From positions 1 through 58,346 of the IMG/VR virus record IMGVR_UViG_3300025769_000128: a stretch of DNA of 58,346 nucleotides. One strand, written 5' to 3'. The DNA is from a virus. Taxonomy: Duplodnaviria; Caudoviricetes. Each line of letters opens with the position of its first letter. Positions within the stretch are counted from its first letter, which is position 1. This document shows, in pieces, positions 38,204 through 49,282 of the stretch. The position numbers and the translations under genes are program-made. A model generated the notes under the pieces. The model worked only from the letters and a program-made list of their open reading frames with translations, was not told the DNA's origin and searched no databases.

Positions 38204-39610
38204 TTAAGATGCCTTAAACAATACGAAGTTGTTCGCAGCTTGAGTTACCAAACAACGCTCAGACAAGAAGTTAACTTGCATCACGTCATCTCCACTGGTG
38301 TAAACACCACCAACTGATCCAGTCAACCAAGTCTTGATTCTTCTATCATCAGTCTCAGAAGCACGATAACGTACGTGTAAGAATGGACGACGAATGTTAG
38401 TACCAAGCATTTGATCATAAACAGTTGAAGTACCAGCAGGAACAAGTACTCCTTCGATGTCTGTAATCATACCTCTAGTTGAAGCATCGTTCAAGTATTT
38501 CCAATCAGTCTTATAGAAATCATAAGAACCTCTACGGAAACCAGAGAATCCAAGATTCAACGCCATTTCTTCGCTATTTTCAAATACTCCGTAAGAAGAT
38601 CCGCCAGAGTAAGCGCTATTAACGAAAGAAAGCATGTCATCAAAGTCAAGAGAAACCTCACGATTCAAGAAAAGCATGTTTTCTTCAATAGATCCTTCTT
38701 TGTCAAGACGCTGAAGAATAGTATCAAAATCAGAAAGGCCAGTTGCTCCAGTGAAGTTAGTGAAAACGTTACCACGACTTTCAACCGCAGCGAAAAGACC
38801 TTCAGTACCTTCGATATTAATACTTGCAAGGTTAGCGTTATTAGCAGTTTCGCCTTCAACTACAGCCATTTCAAGATAATCTTGGTAGCGAAGTCTTGCT
38901 TCTCCTTCACCCTTAAGATACCAAAGGTATCCAGAGGTTCCAGACTCGTCAGTTACTTCAACCCAACCAATTTGAGAAGCATCAGAACCAGTTACTTCAT
39001 AGAAGTCCTTGATAATGATAGGCTTGTTGCTGTATTGAGTAAAAGAAGGATAAACTGATCCTGCCATTGCTGAAGATCCTTTAATGAACTCAGATCCGTA
39101 AACAAATACATTTACGTCATCAGTAGCGGTTCCACCAAAACCAGTCCAAGAAGTACCAGCATAGTTATAACAGCTAAATGTTTGACCAGAAACAGCAGTA
39201 ACATATGCTTTTGCTGTTGCGTTAGTTGTTGCATCCTCAATTAAAATTGTATTACCAACTCTAATAACATTAGCAAGATCAGTACCAAGTGTAATAACAC
39301 CAAGTGCCGCGGTTGTATTCATAGTAACTTCTTGGTTTGCAGTAGCGCTATCGCGGTATGCAATGTGAAGTCTGTTTTGTTCTGACCAAACAACTTGATC
39401 AGAAGTCATAGGCATTTCTGCTCCAACCATACGGAGGAAACCAGAAACGGTGCGGTTGCCATAACGCTCAGCCTCAGCTTCGTAAATCTCTGGGAGATAC
39501 TGCTGAGAGAAGTCATTACCAGCTCCGCTAGTAAAATCAATATAATTCGTAGTTGACAAAGTTTTACTTTGAGTTGGCAACAACGAATAATTTGCAGGTG
39601 TAAGTGCCAT
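38204..39610 (-). CDS. Major capsid protein
   Basis: Follows scaffold and portal; QQYLPE.YE.E.ERYGNRT, WSEQ.RLH, G.EGLF.A...RG; highly-expressed-type codon usage. Confidence 0.8.
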   Translation of the reverse strand: MALTPANYSLLPTQSKTLSTTNYIDFTSGAGNDFSQQYLPEIYEAEAERYGNRTVSGFLRMVGAEMPMTSDQVVWSEQNRLHIAYRDSATANQEVTMNTTAALGVITLGTDLANVIRVGNTILIEDATTNATAKAYVTAVSGQTFSCYNYAGTSWTGFGGTATDDVNVFVYGSEFIKGSSAMAGSVYPSFTQYSNKPIIIKDFYEVTGSDASQIGWVEVTDESGTSGYLWYLKGEGEARLRYQDYLEMAVVEGETANNANLASINIEGTEGLFAAVESRGNVFTNFTGATGLSDFDTILQRLDKEGSIEENMLFLNREVSLDFDDMLSFVNSAYSGGSSYGVFENSEEMALNLGFSGFRRGSYDFYKTDWKYLNDASTRGMITDIEGVLVPAGTSTVYDQMLGTNIRRPFLHVRYRASETDDRRIKTWLTGSVGGVYTSGDDVMQVNFLSERCLVTQAANNFVLFKAS

Positions 39611-39629
39611 TTTAATTTAGTTTTTAAGT

Positions 39630-40778
39630 TTAAGCTTTACGCTTGATTTTTAATTTAGAACTATCCACACCATTTACAGCTTTAACTTTTAATCCATTTA
39701 CGAAAACATTTTCAGGTGAATTGCGGCCAGGTTCATTTGAAATATTCTTAGAAGATCTTTCAATATCCTTAACTGCATCTGCCTTACCTTGCTCGTAAAA
39801 ATGATTTGCAATCGCAATCGTATCTATATTTGATGCGGCATACAAAGCCTTGTGATATTCATTCATGCTTTTAACAGAACCGTTACCGTCAAGAAACTTT
39901 CCTAACACGTTGTTAACTTCTGATTGAACATCTGCAACGCTTGATGGATCTTTAAGACCATACCTAAATTTCTTTTCACCAATCTTGAAATCAAAACCTT
40001 TGAAATCATTAGTGAAAAATTTCTTAGTACGCTCTTTAAATCCTTCATTGCGCTTAAGACTTTCTTCTTTTTCTTGGTTATAGCGATTAAAAAACTCCAT
40101 TGCTTTTTTCTGCTCATTAGACATGGTTGGTCTACTTTTAATTTCTTCATAATACTTGACCTTCAAGTTATCAAGAAATTTACGTGCTTTAGCAATTTCT
40201 TCTTTCTTCGCTAATTTCTTTCGTTTGACATCTCTGTCATCATCAATATCTTCATCATAAGCAAAGTTTTCTTCAATAAGGAAGTTTACTTCATCATAAT
40301 CAAGATGTGATTTAGTATTTTTATAATACTCTCTAAGTAGAGTATCTTCATCTATATTAGAGTAATCTGCATTTAGCCGTACATAATCTTCAATTGTTCC
40401 ACCAGTATCATTAATAAAGTCAACTAGTTTTTCAATGTTTTCAGGAAGATTAATTTGTGGCGCTACGGGTTCTTCAACTGTTTCTTGTGCGGGTTCTTTT
40501 TCTTCATCTTGAACCTCCATAATAATAGGAGCTTCTTCTGCTTGCTTTACTTCTTCAACTTTTTCTTCGTTTCCTTCTCCCACTTCTTGCAATCCCATTT
40601 GGGTTTCTTCCCCGCTTTGATCGCTTTGCTGTGTGCTGCCCAACACGCTTTTCTCTGTGCTTTGTTCTTGAACGGCATCTTCTTCTTCTTTTACAGGTTT
40701 TTCTCGTAAATCAACTTTAATAACATCATCTTCTCGTTTTTCTTTAAAATCGCGAAGATCTACTTTAACATCTGACAT
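39630..40778 (-). CDS. Capsid scaffolding protein
   Basis: Acidic disordered N-terminus, helical body, HFYEQGKADA, basic tail; between portal and capsid genes. Confidence 0.7.
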   Translation of the reverse strand: MSDVKVDLRDFKEKREDDVIKVDLREKPVKEEEDAVQEQSTEKSVLGSTQQSDQSGEETQMGLQEVGEGNEEKVEEVKQAEEAPIIMEVQDEEKEPAQETVEEPVAPQINLPENIEKLVDFINDTGGTIEDYVRLNADYSNIDEDTLLREYYKNTKSHLDYDEVNFLIEENFAYDEDIDDDRDVKRKKLAKKEEIAKARKFLDNLKVKYYEEIKSRPTMSNEQKKAMEFFNRYNQEKEESLKRNEGFKERTKKFFTNDFKGFDFKIGEKKFRYGLKDPSSVADVQSEVNNVLGKFLDGNGSVKSMNEYHKALYAASNIDTIAIANHFYEQGKADAVKDIERSSKNISNEPGRNSPENVFVNGLKVKAVNGVDSSKLKIKRKA

Positions 40779-40810
40779 AATAATATAATATATAATTAGT
40801 TAATAAAAAA

Positions 40811-43329
40811 TTATCTTGGTTCAAACTGCTCCAAACCAAAACCACCTAAAGTATCTTGTCCTGCAGACTCAAAGTTTTTAGGTAATGTATTGTTTTTTCT
40901 TTGATCAATCAATTCGCTTTGTTGAGTTGCTTGAAGTTTTGTTCTTTTATCTTTTCTATCTTCTTTAGTATTTTCTACACTCATTTTAGCATTTGCTTGC
41001 ATTTGTGCTAGCTGCATATTAAAGTCAAACTCCACCTGCATCAACTCTCTTTTAATATTAGCCTCTTCTCTAAGTCTTTGTATTTCAAATTGTGACTTAG
41101 CCTGCTCAATACTAACTTTTTCCTGAGTAAGAGCTTGCTGCTTTTGTACTTCTGCCATAGCCGCTTTCTCACTTGCCTCAGCATTTGCCTGAGCTTGCAT
41201 TTGAATATTTTGCTGTTGCATTTGTTGCTCGCGCTGTAGTTTCTTCTTGCGCTTTTGCTTTAGCATTTCATTAGCAAGTTTGATATTATGTATTTCTCTA
41301 ATATCAATAGCATCCTCTAAGTCAATACCACCAGATTGAAGTGCGATTTGAATGTTTTGCTCTAGTTGTGCTTTATCCTCATCTTCTGGCTCTAATTGCA
41401 AATAAATACCAAAGTCATGAAGATGAACATCTTGCATTTCTTCTAATGTTGATACATTGTACGAAGATATTGCATTTTCAAGTGCATTTTTAGTTAAAGC
41501 AAATTCTAACGAATCAGATATTCTCAATGAAACGTTTTCGCATGTTCTAGCGATCAAATAAAGACTAGCTTGTAGTGTGTGTCTAGTTGCAACATTCGAC
41601 GCGTTAGCGGCCAACTTCTGTAGTCCTACGAGCATATCCTCTTTAGGCATGCTACCATCGCGAGCTTCATTAAGACCAGTTGCGTCTCTAATTAGTTGCA
41701 AATAATACTGGTATGTATTAATTAAAGAACCAATTTTTGCTTGACCATTAGATGATTGAAGCTCTTGTACTGGTACTTTACCTCTATTAATATCGCCGTC
41801 TTGCGTTAATGATCTACCAATTATACTACCAGTTTGGAAATACATATTAAGCGCCTCTTGCGGACTATATGCAGTTCCATTACCAAGATCAACCTCAGCT
41901 AAGCCATCTACATCTAAAAATACACCGTCTGGTACAACTTTAGATAATACTTGCTGAATTTTAAGATTAGTAATATTAATCATATCAGCAAAACCAGTAA
42001 TTCTATTTACTGTAGAATCGATGCGACCTTTATACATTCTTGGCGCTGATATTGCATAGTTCATATTGACCTTTGTCAAATCAGCTTTAGGTCTTGTCAT
42101 GTTTTTTGCTAGTCCCCAATCTAGCATTTTTTCATAACCTAAAATCTTTGCTCCACTATAGAGTGTCTCGATTGATCGTGATACTCTTCTAAAGGTATCG
42201 TTTTCTGGTGGATTAAATGTATCGTCTTTTTCAATGGCTTTCTCCAAACCATAACCACCCTGCTTTAATTTAAATACTTGGTTTGAATATGTTTTATATT
42301 CAAAAAACAATACAGCAACAACATCGTCGCTATATTCTTGCCATCCCATCAAGTATTGATTAGTACCTTGATAGTTTTGTATTTCAATTAAGTCTTCATC
42401 TGATAAATATGGAAATTGCTTTTTAACCTCTGATAGGTGCATAAGCTTAACCTCTCCAACATAATAAAGATCTTCAAAATTAGGATCTTCTGTATATGAC
42501 CAAACCATTTTAGCTGGATCACAATATTTTATTTCAATACCACTTGCTTTTGTCCATTGTGTTCCTCTCCAACATAATAAAGATCTTCAAAATTAGGATC
42601 TTCTGTATATGACCAAACCATTTTAGCTGGATCACAATATTTTATTTCAATACCACTTGCTTTTGTCCATTGTGTTTTTACTGCAGAAATACCAAGCACT
42701 GTTAGATCGTAATTTAGTCTTCTTCGTATTAACTCAAATTTATTACGATCAAGCGTGTTATTTATTAATTCTTCTTCTGCAATCTCAATAGAAGGCTTGT
42801 ATGATAATTGCATGTGTAGATCAACCTCTTCTTTTGTTTCCGGCAGATCAATGTTTGATGGGGACTTAAATAGATTTAAACCAGTTTGTTGTTGTATCAT
42901 CTCTAACTGCTGCTTAGCCATCATGTCACGCATAAGATTAGCGGCGTAGTTAGTTCTCTTTTTTATTGATTCAGGATCTTGAGCGTAAGCGTTAATTTTG
43001 TATCTTTTTTCAGACATACCATTAACGATAATGTCAACAAACTTTGCTACAACTGGAACTGGTCTCCAATCAAGATTCAAATACGAAAGATCACCATTAA
43101 TGGAAAGCTCGTCTTTATATTTTTGTATTGACTGCTCTCCTCTTGCGTATAGTCTTAAGTTATGAAAATTACTCCAGTTTGTCATAAAGCGATTACCTGG
43201 TCTACCTTGACCAAACCATTCGCCTTCAATTGCTCTGGCAACTTGATAACCATAATCCATGCTAGCCTTCTCAGCGTCACTGACCACTTGGCTTGGAAAT
43301 GCACTTTTAGGATTAGTATTAAGCTTCAT
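40811..43329 (-). CDS. Portal protein, split in this sequence by a 113-bp duplication
   Basis: ORFs 42529-43329 and 40811-42508 join in frame once one repeat unit is removed; lies between terminase and scaffold; Q-rich C-terminal coil. Confidence 0.85.
42451..42676. repeat. 113-bp perfect tandem duplication, frame-breaking
   Basis: Units 42451-42563 and 42564-42676. Confidence 0.93.
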
Positions 43330-43340
43330 TTATAATCTAT

Positions 43341-45566
43341 TTAATCTATAATTTTAGATATTGAACCAGAGTTATCATATCTTTTGAAACCCAAGCTAAT
43401 ATTTTTTCTTACAACTTTATTTACTGGTGCATATAAGTTTTTATTACATGCCATAATAGCTAAACCAGAACTTATCGTAGCATCAAACTTAGTTCTTCTA
43501 TTTATATCAAATCTAGCCCACTCTTGTAATGTGCGATCAAAATACATGTCACCATATTCTCCGTCACCTATAATACCAACTGCTTCATTGATATATGACT
43601 CAATTGCAGCAGCGTGGGCTTGTTTTATATCTTCACTAGAGTTTGGTATTCCACCAATATCTCTTTCTGTTATAGATAGTTTGTTATAAACTTTATCTGG
43701 TCTGTTCATAGAAAAACCTCTATAACCTCTTCGTTTGATATAATATAAAAGTCTTGGTTTATTATTTTCTGCAAGCAATGGCATACCATAAAAAACAATC
43801 GCCATTAATACATCTTCAAAAAATATTTCTGCGGTTTGTGGTCTAGCTATATATTCTAAAAAGAAGTGCTCTGGTGGAGCATCTTCCATTGAAAACTTTG
43901 TTTTGCCGTGCAAAGAGCCTTTCGATCCTCTACCATCCACTGTTCCAGATATATCATATGGATCGCATCCAAAAGCCCCAACGTGCTCATTACCAGGATA
44001 TTTAGTTCCGTTTTTGACTATAATCCTATTTTGTAAATTGCTTGGTGGCACCCATGATATTAAAAATCTACCATCATTGTTTGGTACAAAGATAACATTA
44101 CTGTCTTGAATACCATTTTCCCAATGAAAAGAACCCCTTGTTAATATACTAGTATTTCTCAGGTCCTGATTATAATCTATCTGCTCGTAGATTTTTTGTA
44201 AATTAAATATCGACTGTTTTGCCTCATCTCTAAACGCGTGTTCTTCTGTTCTTGGAAACTGTCGATAAAATTCATTTAGTGCATCTTGATCATCTTTTAA
44301 ACCTTCTGCTTCATTAATCCAATAATCAATAACACCTAACCTTATTTTTTCACCATGAAAACTTATTTTCGGTATTTCTGGTGTATCAAAAACTGGCATA
44401 CCATACTTGTCCATAAATCCTTCATAGTTCCACTCCATTGGTATAAATAAACTATAAAGTCCAGACTTTGTCTGCCCGTTTTTATCTCTTTTAGTAACGT
44501 CTGAATCGTAGTATAATTTTTTAAAGTTTTCTCCTCCTTTATCTAAAGCATTTGATGTGCTACCCATCATACACTTACCAACGATTCTACCGCCAAGTCT
44601 CATTGTGGTTTTTGTTACTCTCCAGTTGTTCAATATATTTTCTGGTTTCTCCCATTTACCAGATTCATCATGAACTAATAAAACTAGTTTTTCACCATCA
44701 TAAGAGTTATCAGCAGTGTTTTTCCAATCTATTGTTGTATCAAGACCTTCAAGCTCTTCTTGCTCAGTCTTTGATTCAATTTTTCTTCTAGTTAATTTAG
44801 ATGCAGGTACTCTATATGACAATTCAGTTTTTGGTCGATCCATACCATCCTGTATAGGTTTGAAGAAGAAAGGATAATTGGTTGACATAGGCACAACCTT
44901 GTCGGTGAAAAGTTTTTTTGCATCTGGTCCAGTTTTAGAAAGTATTCCAAATCTACTATCACTTGAAATAGTAGCCAAATTAACTATTTCAGAAGCAGCC
45001 ATAAATGAAAAACCAGATCGTCTATTTTTTAAATAGCATAATCCATATGATCTATCATCAGCTTTACATGCCTCCCAAAATATAAAGAATAATCTATTTG
45101 ACTCTCTAAATTCAGCTTCACCAACATCAATCTTAGTCCACTGCAAATACATATAATGTGTGCCAGTGATATACGTATTTATTCCATTGTTCTTAAACCA
45201 AAAACCATCATCGCGTCGTTCAAACTCTTCATTAATATAACTATGATATTTTTCTTTGAATTCTTCTGGGTAATCTCTCCAATCAAAAACACTTTTTATT
45301 CTGTTAAGATCTTTATGCTTTGGAAGTCTTTCCCAATATTGATCTTCTTTTTTATTTGATCTACTATATACTTTACTTGGCTCTTTAGGCAGCGCTATTT
45401 TAACGTTTTGTATTTCGTATATGTCACCTATTTGACCAGTTTTGCTTATGACGACAATGTCGTACTCATCATCATAACCATACTTCCATTTTTTATATCT
45501 ATTTAACTTATCAAGCTTTGTCTGCTTAATAGGTTGAATAATTTTATATAATGATTGTTCGTACAT
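43341..45566 (-). CDS. terL: Terminase large subunit
   Basis: Walker A KNRRSGFS, Walker B LLVHDESGK, GSTSN, RQFP, nuclease GCDPYD, AENNK, FDATI. Confidence 0.92.
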   Translation of the reverse strand: MYEQSLYKIIQPIKQTKLDKLNRYKKWKYGYDDEYDIVVISKTGQIGDIYEIQNVKIALPKEPSKVYSRSNKKEDQYWERLPKHKDLNRIKSVFDWRDYPEEFKEKYHSYINEEFERRDDGFWFKNNGINTYITGTHYMYLQWTKIDVGEAEFRESNRLFFIFWEACKADDRSYGLCYLKNRRSGFSFMAASEIVNLATISSDSRFGILSKTGPDAKKLFTDKVVPMSTNYPFFFKPIQDGMDRPKTELSYRVPASKLTRRKIESKTEQEELEGLDTTIDWKNTADNSYDGEKLVLLVHDESGKWEKPENILNNWRVTKTTMRLGGRIVGKCMMGSTSNALDKGGENFKKLYYDSDVTKRDKNGQTKSGLYSLFIPMEWNYEGFMDKYGMPVFDTPEIPKISFHGEKIRLGVIDYWINEAEGLKDDQDALNEFYRQFPRTEEHAFRDEAKQSIFNLQKIYEQIDYNQDLRNTSILTRGSFHWENGIQDSNVIFVPNNDGRFLISWVPPSNLQNRIIVKNGTKYPGNEHVGAFGCDPYDISGTVDGRGSKGSLHGKTKFSMEDAPPEHFFLEYIARPQTAEIFFEDVLMAIVFYGMPLLAENNKPRLLYYIKRRGYRGFSMNRPDKVYNKLSITERDIGGIPNSSEDIKQAHAAAIESYINEAVGIIGDGEYGDMYFDRTLQEWARFDINRRTKFDATISSGLAIMACNKNLYAPVNKVVRKNISLGFKRYDNSGSISKIID

Positions 45567-45850
45567 TATTTTTTAGATCTCTTCTCTGCGAACCCAGTGA
45601 ACACTGCTTCTTTCTTTTCCTCTTCTTCTGGTTTACCACCTTCAAGTGCTAAGTTCTCCTCTTCAATGCGCTTTAGTATTTCAAAGGCATCGAATATTGC
45701 GAGTTTCTTTGTAGCAGCGGCATTTTTAAGTCTATCAGCAGATACATCTTCATCGGTATCTACTATTGGTTCTTTAGCTACCTTGATTAATTCATCAACT
45801 GCCACTCGTCCAGCTTGGATTATATTCTTGCGTGTTTCTTTTGTTTCCAT
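45566..45850 (-). CDS. Candidate terminase small subunit
   Basis: Small helical protein directly upstream of terL with TAATG coupling. Confidence 0.5.
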   Translation of the reverse strand: METKETRKNIIQAGRVAVDELIKVAKEPIVDTDEDVSADRLKNAAATKKLAIFDAFEILKRIEEENLALEGGKPEEEEKKEAVFTGFAEKRSKK

Positions 45851-46394
45851 GAGAAAGAACAATATTATTAGATTTCATACAATATAAAAGCTTGCCATCA
45901 AAAATAAACTCAAATTCTGAGTCAGGTGTAAAGCAAACTAGATCACCTTCATTAATGTCTAAAGACTTATTACCGTATATTAAAATACCATGTAATGGCT
46001 TTTCAATATTTGTGGTATTGTCGTCTGCTTTAATTGGTTGAACAAAACAATAATCTTGATATGTCTTCCAATCACCATCTATATTTTTATAAGCATATAT
46101 TTGCTCTTGAGAGACAGCATACATACCGTTAAACATGTAACTTCTACTGTCTTTTTCGTTGCCCCTAACATCGTAGAATCTTCTAAACACATTATGATGC
46201 ACTATGACCTCATTTCCCGGCTCTAGATTAGTTTCTATTGCCTTTGGTGTAGCAATGATCTCAGCGTGTCTATTAACGTTTCTAAATGACTCTATTCGCG
46301 TATTAGTTACAAAGTCTTTACCAGCTAGTTTTTTAGTATTGTTATACCTTTCACCAATTGGTTTTACTATAAAATCGTACAGACTATTCATCAA
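45795..46394 (-). CDS. Tandem GroES-like domain protein
   Basis: Two GroES-like units: FIVKP...PG..VIVHH and FVQP...G..IYG....EGDLV.F....E.E...DG..LY.M....I. Confidence 0.6.
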   Translation of the reverse strand: MMNSLYDFIVKPIGERYNNTKKLAGKDFVTNTRIESFRNVNRHAEIIATPKAIETNLEPGNEVIVHHNVFRRFYDVRGNEKDSRSYMFNGMYAVSQEQIYAYKNIDGDWKTYQDYCFVQPIKADDNTTNIEKPLHGILIYGNKSLDINEGDLVCFTPDSEFEFIFDGKLLYCMKSNNIVLSHGNKRNTQEYNPSWTSGS

Positions 46395-46624
46395 TAATTC
46401 AAATCGTACTCAACTGATATGGCCATGTTGTGATTAAACTTTTTCCATGGCAAAACGTCGTCATCTTTTTTTATGAATATACTATAAGAGTTTTCTTGTT
46501 CATCAAATAGAATATTGCAAATTTCATGACCACCATACACTTGCTGACCCACAGCATAGTGCATTGCATCGTTTTTATAATCAGATCCAATACTTATTTT
46601 TCTAATAATACTATTTATTTTCAT
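46391..46624 (-). CDS. Hypothetical protein (77 aa)
   Basis: ORF coupled to neighbours. Confidence 0.75.
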   Translation of the reverse strand: MKINSIIRKISIGSDYKNDAMHYAVGQQVYGGHEICNILFDEQENSYSIFIKKDDDVLPWKKFNHNMAISVEYDLNY

Positions 46625-46844
46625 TATTCAACTCAGTATATGATCCATCTGATAAATCAATACTAATTGAACCGTACTTCTCTTCTAGTCCTTTACGTGT
46701 ATTATTAGACTCTTCTATTAAATTTGAATACGAATTAATTAGTTGTGATTTTTGCAACTCGATGTTTGCGATCTGTCCAACTATAGTGTCAATTTTATTT
46801 CGTTGATCTAGTATAAGATCAAGCTCTTCTTTTTCGATTTTCAT
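46611..46844 (-). CDS. Coiled-coil protein (77 aa)
   Basis: Heptad pattern ending LEEKYGSISIDLSDG. Confidence 0.75.
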   Translation of the reverse strand: MKIEKEELDLILDQRNKIDTIVGQIANIELQKSQLINSYSNLIEESNNTRKGLEEKYGSISIDLSDGSYTELNNENK

Positions 46845-46870
46845 TTAATTAAATTTAATTTGTATTAGTT

Positions 46871-47068
46871 TTAAATATCTAACGGGTCTGGATTATAGGG
46901 AGTAATTGAGTCTACCTCCGTATATGTCCAACCCTGCTCATCAACCAATGATTTAAAGTTGTCGGTAATAAACCAACCCTCTTCGCAGTTGATTAGCTTT
47001 AAATAGCTACCGTCACCGATTGCTGGTGATGTGCTTTCTGTATAATTTGTTTCAAATAATAAATACAT
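46871..47068 (-). CDS. Hypothetical protein (65 aa)
   Basis: ORF after the fibre gene. Confidence 0.6.
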   Translation of the reverse strand: MYLLFETNYTESTSPAIGDGSYLKLINCEEGWFITDNFKSLVDEQGWTYTEVDSITPYNPDPLDI

Positions 47069-47071
47069 ATC

Positions 47072-48664
47072 TTATCTGTTTAATGCTGTGTTGTAAGTTG
47101 TGATTGCGTCATAAAGGTCTTGGGCTTGATTAGCTGTAAGTCCTAGTCCGATGTGCGCAAAGTTTATAGTGCACGTTGCGAAAAATGTAGGTGAGTTATT
47201 CGTGTTAGATGTGCCTAAAAAGTATGTATATGTAGATTGACCTGTTGATGCAATGTCGTTAGTTGAAATATCCGCAGCATCCTTAAATAGGTTAGATGTG
47301 GTTGAACTGTCTCTATTAGCTATGTAATGTCCCGTGGTTAGCCCCCCCGAAAAATTTTTACCTGATGCGTTGTTCACACTCCAATATGTATTAGCTGTAA
47401 ACTCCGTTATAGAATTATAGTAGTTGGGCGAGGTAGTCCTTGACGCCATTACCGTGCTGTTACCTGACGTGTACGCTTGTAGATTTAACCCAAAAGCGTG
47501 GCTATCCTGATTACCTACGGATGGCGCATACCCCGTATCTCCATATTGCGTAGACCCATTAAACGCTACCCCCGCGCTAGAATGTGTGGGATTATTCCAC
47601 CAAGTTATGTTATAGTTTGTTGGATCTTTAAGGTTGTATGCCGCTGCTGAAAGTGACGTTGGTGAAACAGGGTAAATAGCGTTCATATCGCTCCACACAT
47701 CTGTGTTATTAGTCGTGCTTCCTGTACCTTTTAAATCCTTCACTAGCTGGTTTACGGCTTCACATTCAGCCCTAGATGTAATACCCGCGGATGATATGTA
47801 AGCAGCAGCATCAGGGTCGCTAACCAACACCGTAGTGTTGTAACGCACAATAGCATCATCTAAGTCGGCAACCGCTGTGGCATTTAGTCCTTTTAGGATA
47901 ATTAAACCAAACCCCATTTCAAATGCCGTGAAGTTCTGACCCCCACTACCGTTGTTTTGTGCGCCTACAAATAATGATAGATTGACAGGTGTTCCACTAC
48001 TTTCCGAAAGCTTTGTTCCTAATGACGTTGCATTCAAGTAATTCGTTCTTCCACCATTCGCTAATCTATTAGCACTAACAATCATACGTCCTTGATATGT
48101 TCCACCTGTGCTAGTCACCCACCTACCACCACTAGTGTTGTGGATGTCTTGGTAAAGACTGCCGCTGTTTAATAACATTTGAGTCCTACTTCCTGTTGAT
48201 AAAAAAGCGGACATCAACCCAACCGCTGTTACACTTGCATTCACTATTTGCATACCAAGTGTGAGGTCATAACCATTAGCCAATGATGCCGTGCTAGGGT
48301 TGAAGCCAGTATCTCCGTATTGAGTAGCACCGTTAAAAGTAACGCCTGTCGATGCGTGTGTTGGGCTATTTGCCCAAGTCATATTGAAGCTAGTGGTATC
48401 GCGTAGATTGTAAGCTGATGCTGCCAGACTAGTTGGACTGATAGGATAAAATGCCGCAGCATCTGTCCACAGGTTTGTGCCATTTGGTGTGCTTCCTGTA
48501 CCTTTCAAGTCAAGCACTAATTGATTAACTGCATCCTTTTCAGTAGTATCTGTAATACCCGCCGCTGTAAAATATGCTAATGCGTCAGGATCATAGCTAG
48601 GACCACCTCCAAAGCCACTTATCTTACCACTAATAGAATCACTTATACCAAGTCCTATAGACAT
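47072..48664 (-). CDS. Head-fibre-like protein with two tandem lectin-like domains
   Basis: N-terminal MSIGLGI..GGG; repeated DPDA.AY...AGIT...E..AVNQLV.DLKG unit; FNG.TQYGDTG. Confidence 0.65.
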   Translation of the reverse strand: MSIGLGISDSISGKISGFGGGPSYDPDALAYFTAAGITDTTEKDAVNQLVLDLKGTGSTPNGTNLWTDAAAFYPISPTSLAASAYNLRDTTSFNMTWANSPTHASTGVTFNGATQYGDTGFNPSTASLANGYDLTLGMQIVNASVTAVGLMSAFLSTGSRTQMLLNSGSLYQDIHNTSGGRWVTSTGGTYQGRMIVSANRLANGGRTNYLNATSLGTKLSESSGTPVNLSLFVGAQNNGSGGQNFTAFEMGFGLIILKGLNATAVADLDDAIVRYNTTVLVSDPDAAAYISSAGITSRAECEAVNQLVKDLKGTGSTTNNTDVWSDMNAIYPVSPTSLSAAAYNLKDPTNYNITWWNNPTHSSAGVAFNGSTQYGDTGYAPSVGNQDSHAFGLNLQAYTSGNSTVMASRTTSPNYYNSITEFTANTYWSVNNASGKNFSGGLTTGHYIANRDSSTTSNLFKDAADISTNDIASTGQSTYTYFLGTSNTNNSPTFFATCTINFAHIGLGLTANQAQDLYDAITTYNTALNR

Positions 48665-48669
48665 AGTTA

Positions 48670-48936
48670 TTATTTTACACCAATAATGGCAGTTGCAGTT
48701 GTGTCAGTTGCTAGTACATAGTCTACTACGATTGGTAGAAAAGTACCATCTGGAATATTAGTAAAAGTAATAGCGTCAGCAAGTTCTGATTTTCCAGCCA
48801 TTAATACCTTTACGTTACCAGTACCACCAATATAAAGGATACAGCTATTTAGTCTTGTTGCAGCACTAATTGTATTACTGGGTGTAACGCTAAACGCGTC
48901 TGTTCCAAAGTCTGGTTGATTTACGAATTGTCCCAT
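48670..48936 (-). CDS. Head spike base protein (RcGTA Rcc01079-like)
   Basis: AFSVTPS, LYIGGTGNVKV, TF.NIP.GT.LPI.V..V.AT.TTA. Confidence 0.75.
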   Translation of the reverse strand: MGQFVNQPDFGTDAFSVTPSNTISAATRLNSCILYIGGTGNVKVLMAGKSELADAITFTNIPDGTFLPIVVDYVLATDTTATAIIGVK

Positions 48937-48937
48937 T

Positions 48938-49282
48938 TTATATGTTATATTTATCGTCTCCGAATTTAGTTCCTGATTTCATGTACGCTTCTCGCTCCCA
49001 CTCAGTATTTTCTGCTCGAGCTACAAAGTTAAGATTTTTATTATATTTTTTACCTTTCCAATAAATATTTTCACCATCATAGTCAAGATCACCTCTTTCT
49101 ATCTGGTCGATATGCACGCGCTCGTGTTTAATAACCTCTTTCATAAACTTCGGATGAAGCTTAGAATTAATAACTATCGTGCCATTTTTATTTGTTTGAC
49201 CTAATATACCTGGACCTAGATCTTCTAAATGAACAGATGGACCAGAAATATCATATGGTGTCTTATTTAGCTTAAAAGCCAT
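48938..49282 (-). CDS. Small zincin-like metallopeptidase
   Basis: G.T.KNGTIVIN, HERVH (HExxH), WEREAY. Confidence 0.65.
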   Translation of the reverse strand: MAFKLNKTPYDISGPSVHLEDLGPGILGQTNKNGTIVINSKLHPKFMKEVIKHERVHIDQIERGDLDYDGENIYWKGKKYNKNLNFVARAENTEWEREAYMKSGTKFGDDKYNI

